DNA of 63,302 nucleotides, filler included, from Klebsormidium nitens (taxonomy: Eukaryota > Plantae > Klebsormidiophyceae): the NCBI GenBank assembly GCA_000708835.1. It is 7 parts of 7 records of this genome, joined end to end, with 100 filler letters (N's around TTAATTAATTAA, not from the genome) between each part and the next. Parts side by side here need not be neighbours in the genome. Positions count along the whole stretch, not along the records: positions 60,070 to 63,302 come from DF238661.1; 6 more parts are not named here. The stretch is one strand, 5' to 3'. This document shows, one piece after another, positions 62,231 to 63,302 of the stretch. The notes beneath the pieces are model-generated. The model was not told the DNA's origin. It ran no database searches and saw only the letters and a list, made by a program, of their open reading frames with translations. Every line of letters starts with the position of its first letter. The stretch's first letter is position 1. The position numbers were made by a program, and so were the translations under genes.

Positions 62231-63302
62231 TGACGCACCGGTCTGCACCCCCCCGTAAAGTGCAACTTTGTTGCGGATAATGCGGCCAGCCTTCGTCGTA
62301 TGCTGCCGTAACATCCGGTTAAGTTTCGGTAACGTTTAATGGTATCATCTGGCCAATTTTGCCAGATTATGCCGGAGGTCGCCACCGTCAGTTCAGTGTA
62401 AAAGGCATTTTTGGGGGTTGTCCCACCTCTTTTCCACACCGTAAATCTGGCGATAGGTACTTAGGGGGACGGTAAGGGGCGACCTTGGTATAGGCGGGGC
62501 GACCTCGCGCACCCATTTTGCCTTCAAAGGGACCTTACATACATACATATTAGCAAGCTCCCGAAGGGTTCCAAACTCTCATACTACAATCCGTTATAAT
62601 TTTTTTCTTCTCCAGGGAAGGAATTATAACAGATTAGTAGTACAGAGTTTTTCGTCTCCGATCAAGATTGCCGATATATATGTATGTAAGGCCATACCTG
62701 CAAAAGCTGCAACATTGTACTTGAGTTTTCGGAGGAGAAGAAAATCTCCCGAAGTAACCTACTTAGGGTACACTGGCATTGCTTCCGAGTGCCCGGTGAT
62801 CGGGTTGGGACTACTTGGGTCCGTACCGGCTCCGACTTCAGCTTTCGACCCCTGGTACGACCGTTCCGGACACCTTCACTCTTTTGGTACCTGGGGGTTA
62901 TGACGTGGCGGCATGTGAGTGGCCCAAATTTAACACCGAAGTTCATTTGGCTTGCTGTCTCGAGTCCGGTTGCCGCTGAAGTTCCCCGGCCGGTAAAGCT
63001 ACATTGTTGATCAATGTCGTGCAGTAGGTATCTTTCTGGCACAGCTTGCGGAGAACTCGAACGCCGCCTGCTCTATGGGGTCTTAGGTGGGGTGTAGTTG
63101 GGTAGATAGAGGCTTGCTCTGCCTGGGTTGCCAGAGAGCAGTGGCAATGGGGATTCTCCTCTTCTGAGGACCTACCCACCGCACGCCACTTATCTTTTTC
63201 CCAAATTCAAACGGATGCCTGGTTTTTTGCTATTCTCTTTTCTGATCCTGTCCTTTAGCTTTGCCATGGCTTCTGCAACTCCCTCCACGCCTCCAGCCTC
63301 CT

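Overview
Repeat-rich, intron-containing eukaryotic scaffold with several N-gaps. It is probably from a streptophyte green alga such as Klebsormidium; this is an inference from the Chlamys/Naiad-type PLE, a DNMT-carrying LTR remnant, TTTAGGG-type motifs and GT-AG introns. Most of the window is decayed mobile DNA and pseudogenes: two Copia remnants with LTRs (one solo LTR with an AGTAG TSD), a Gypsy-type protease+cytosine-methyltransferase remnant, a TTAA-flanked MITE, a tRNA-derived SINE-like head, a NOP58 fragment, an F-box/LRR/ARM pseudogene, a PIN-domain gene and a CENH3-like N-terminus. Two regions stand out. (1) 15376-23465 (minus strand) is a Penelope-like retroelement of the CxC-linker (Naiad/Chlamys) type, bracketed by 1.43-kb direct repeats. 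Its RT ORF is disrupted, but it is followed by two intact co-oriented ORFs: a Pro-rich double-CCCH/coiled-coil protein and a phage-type HNH endonuclease, then a structured 3' end. (2) In 1-7010, virus-like or orphan genes (HIRAN, Zn-finger, acidic) are interspersed with two tandem arrays. The arrays differ in sequence but share the same geometry: a 58-bp palindrome with TAAGCA at position 22-23 and a 110-117 bp period. One inverted solo copy also occurs. All domain calls come from motif recognition by eye; no database searches were run.
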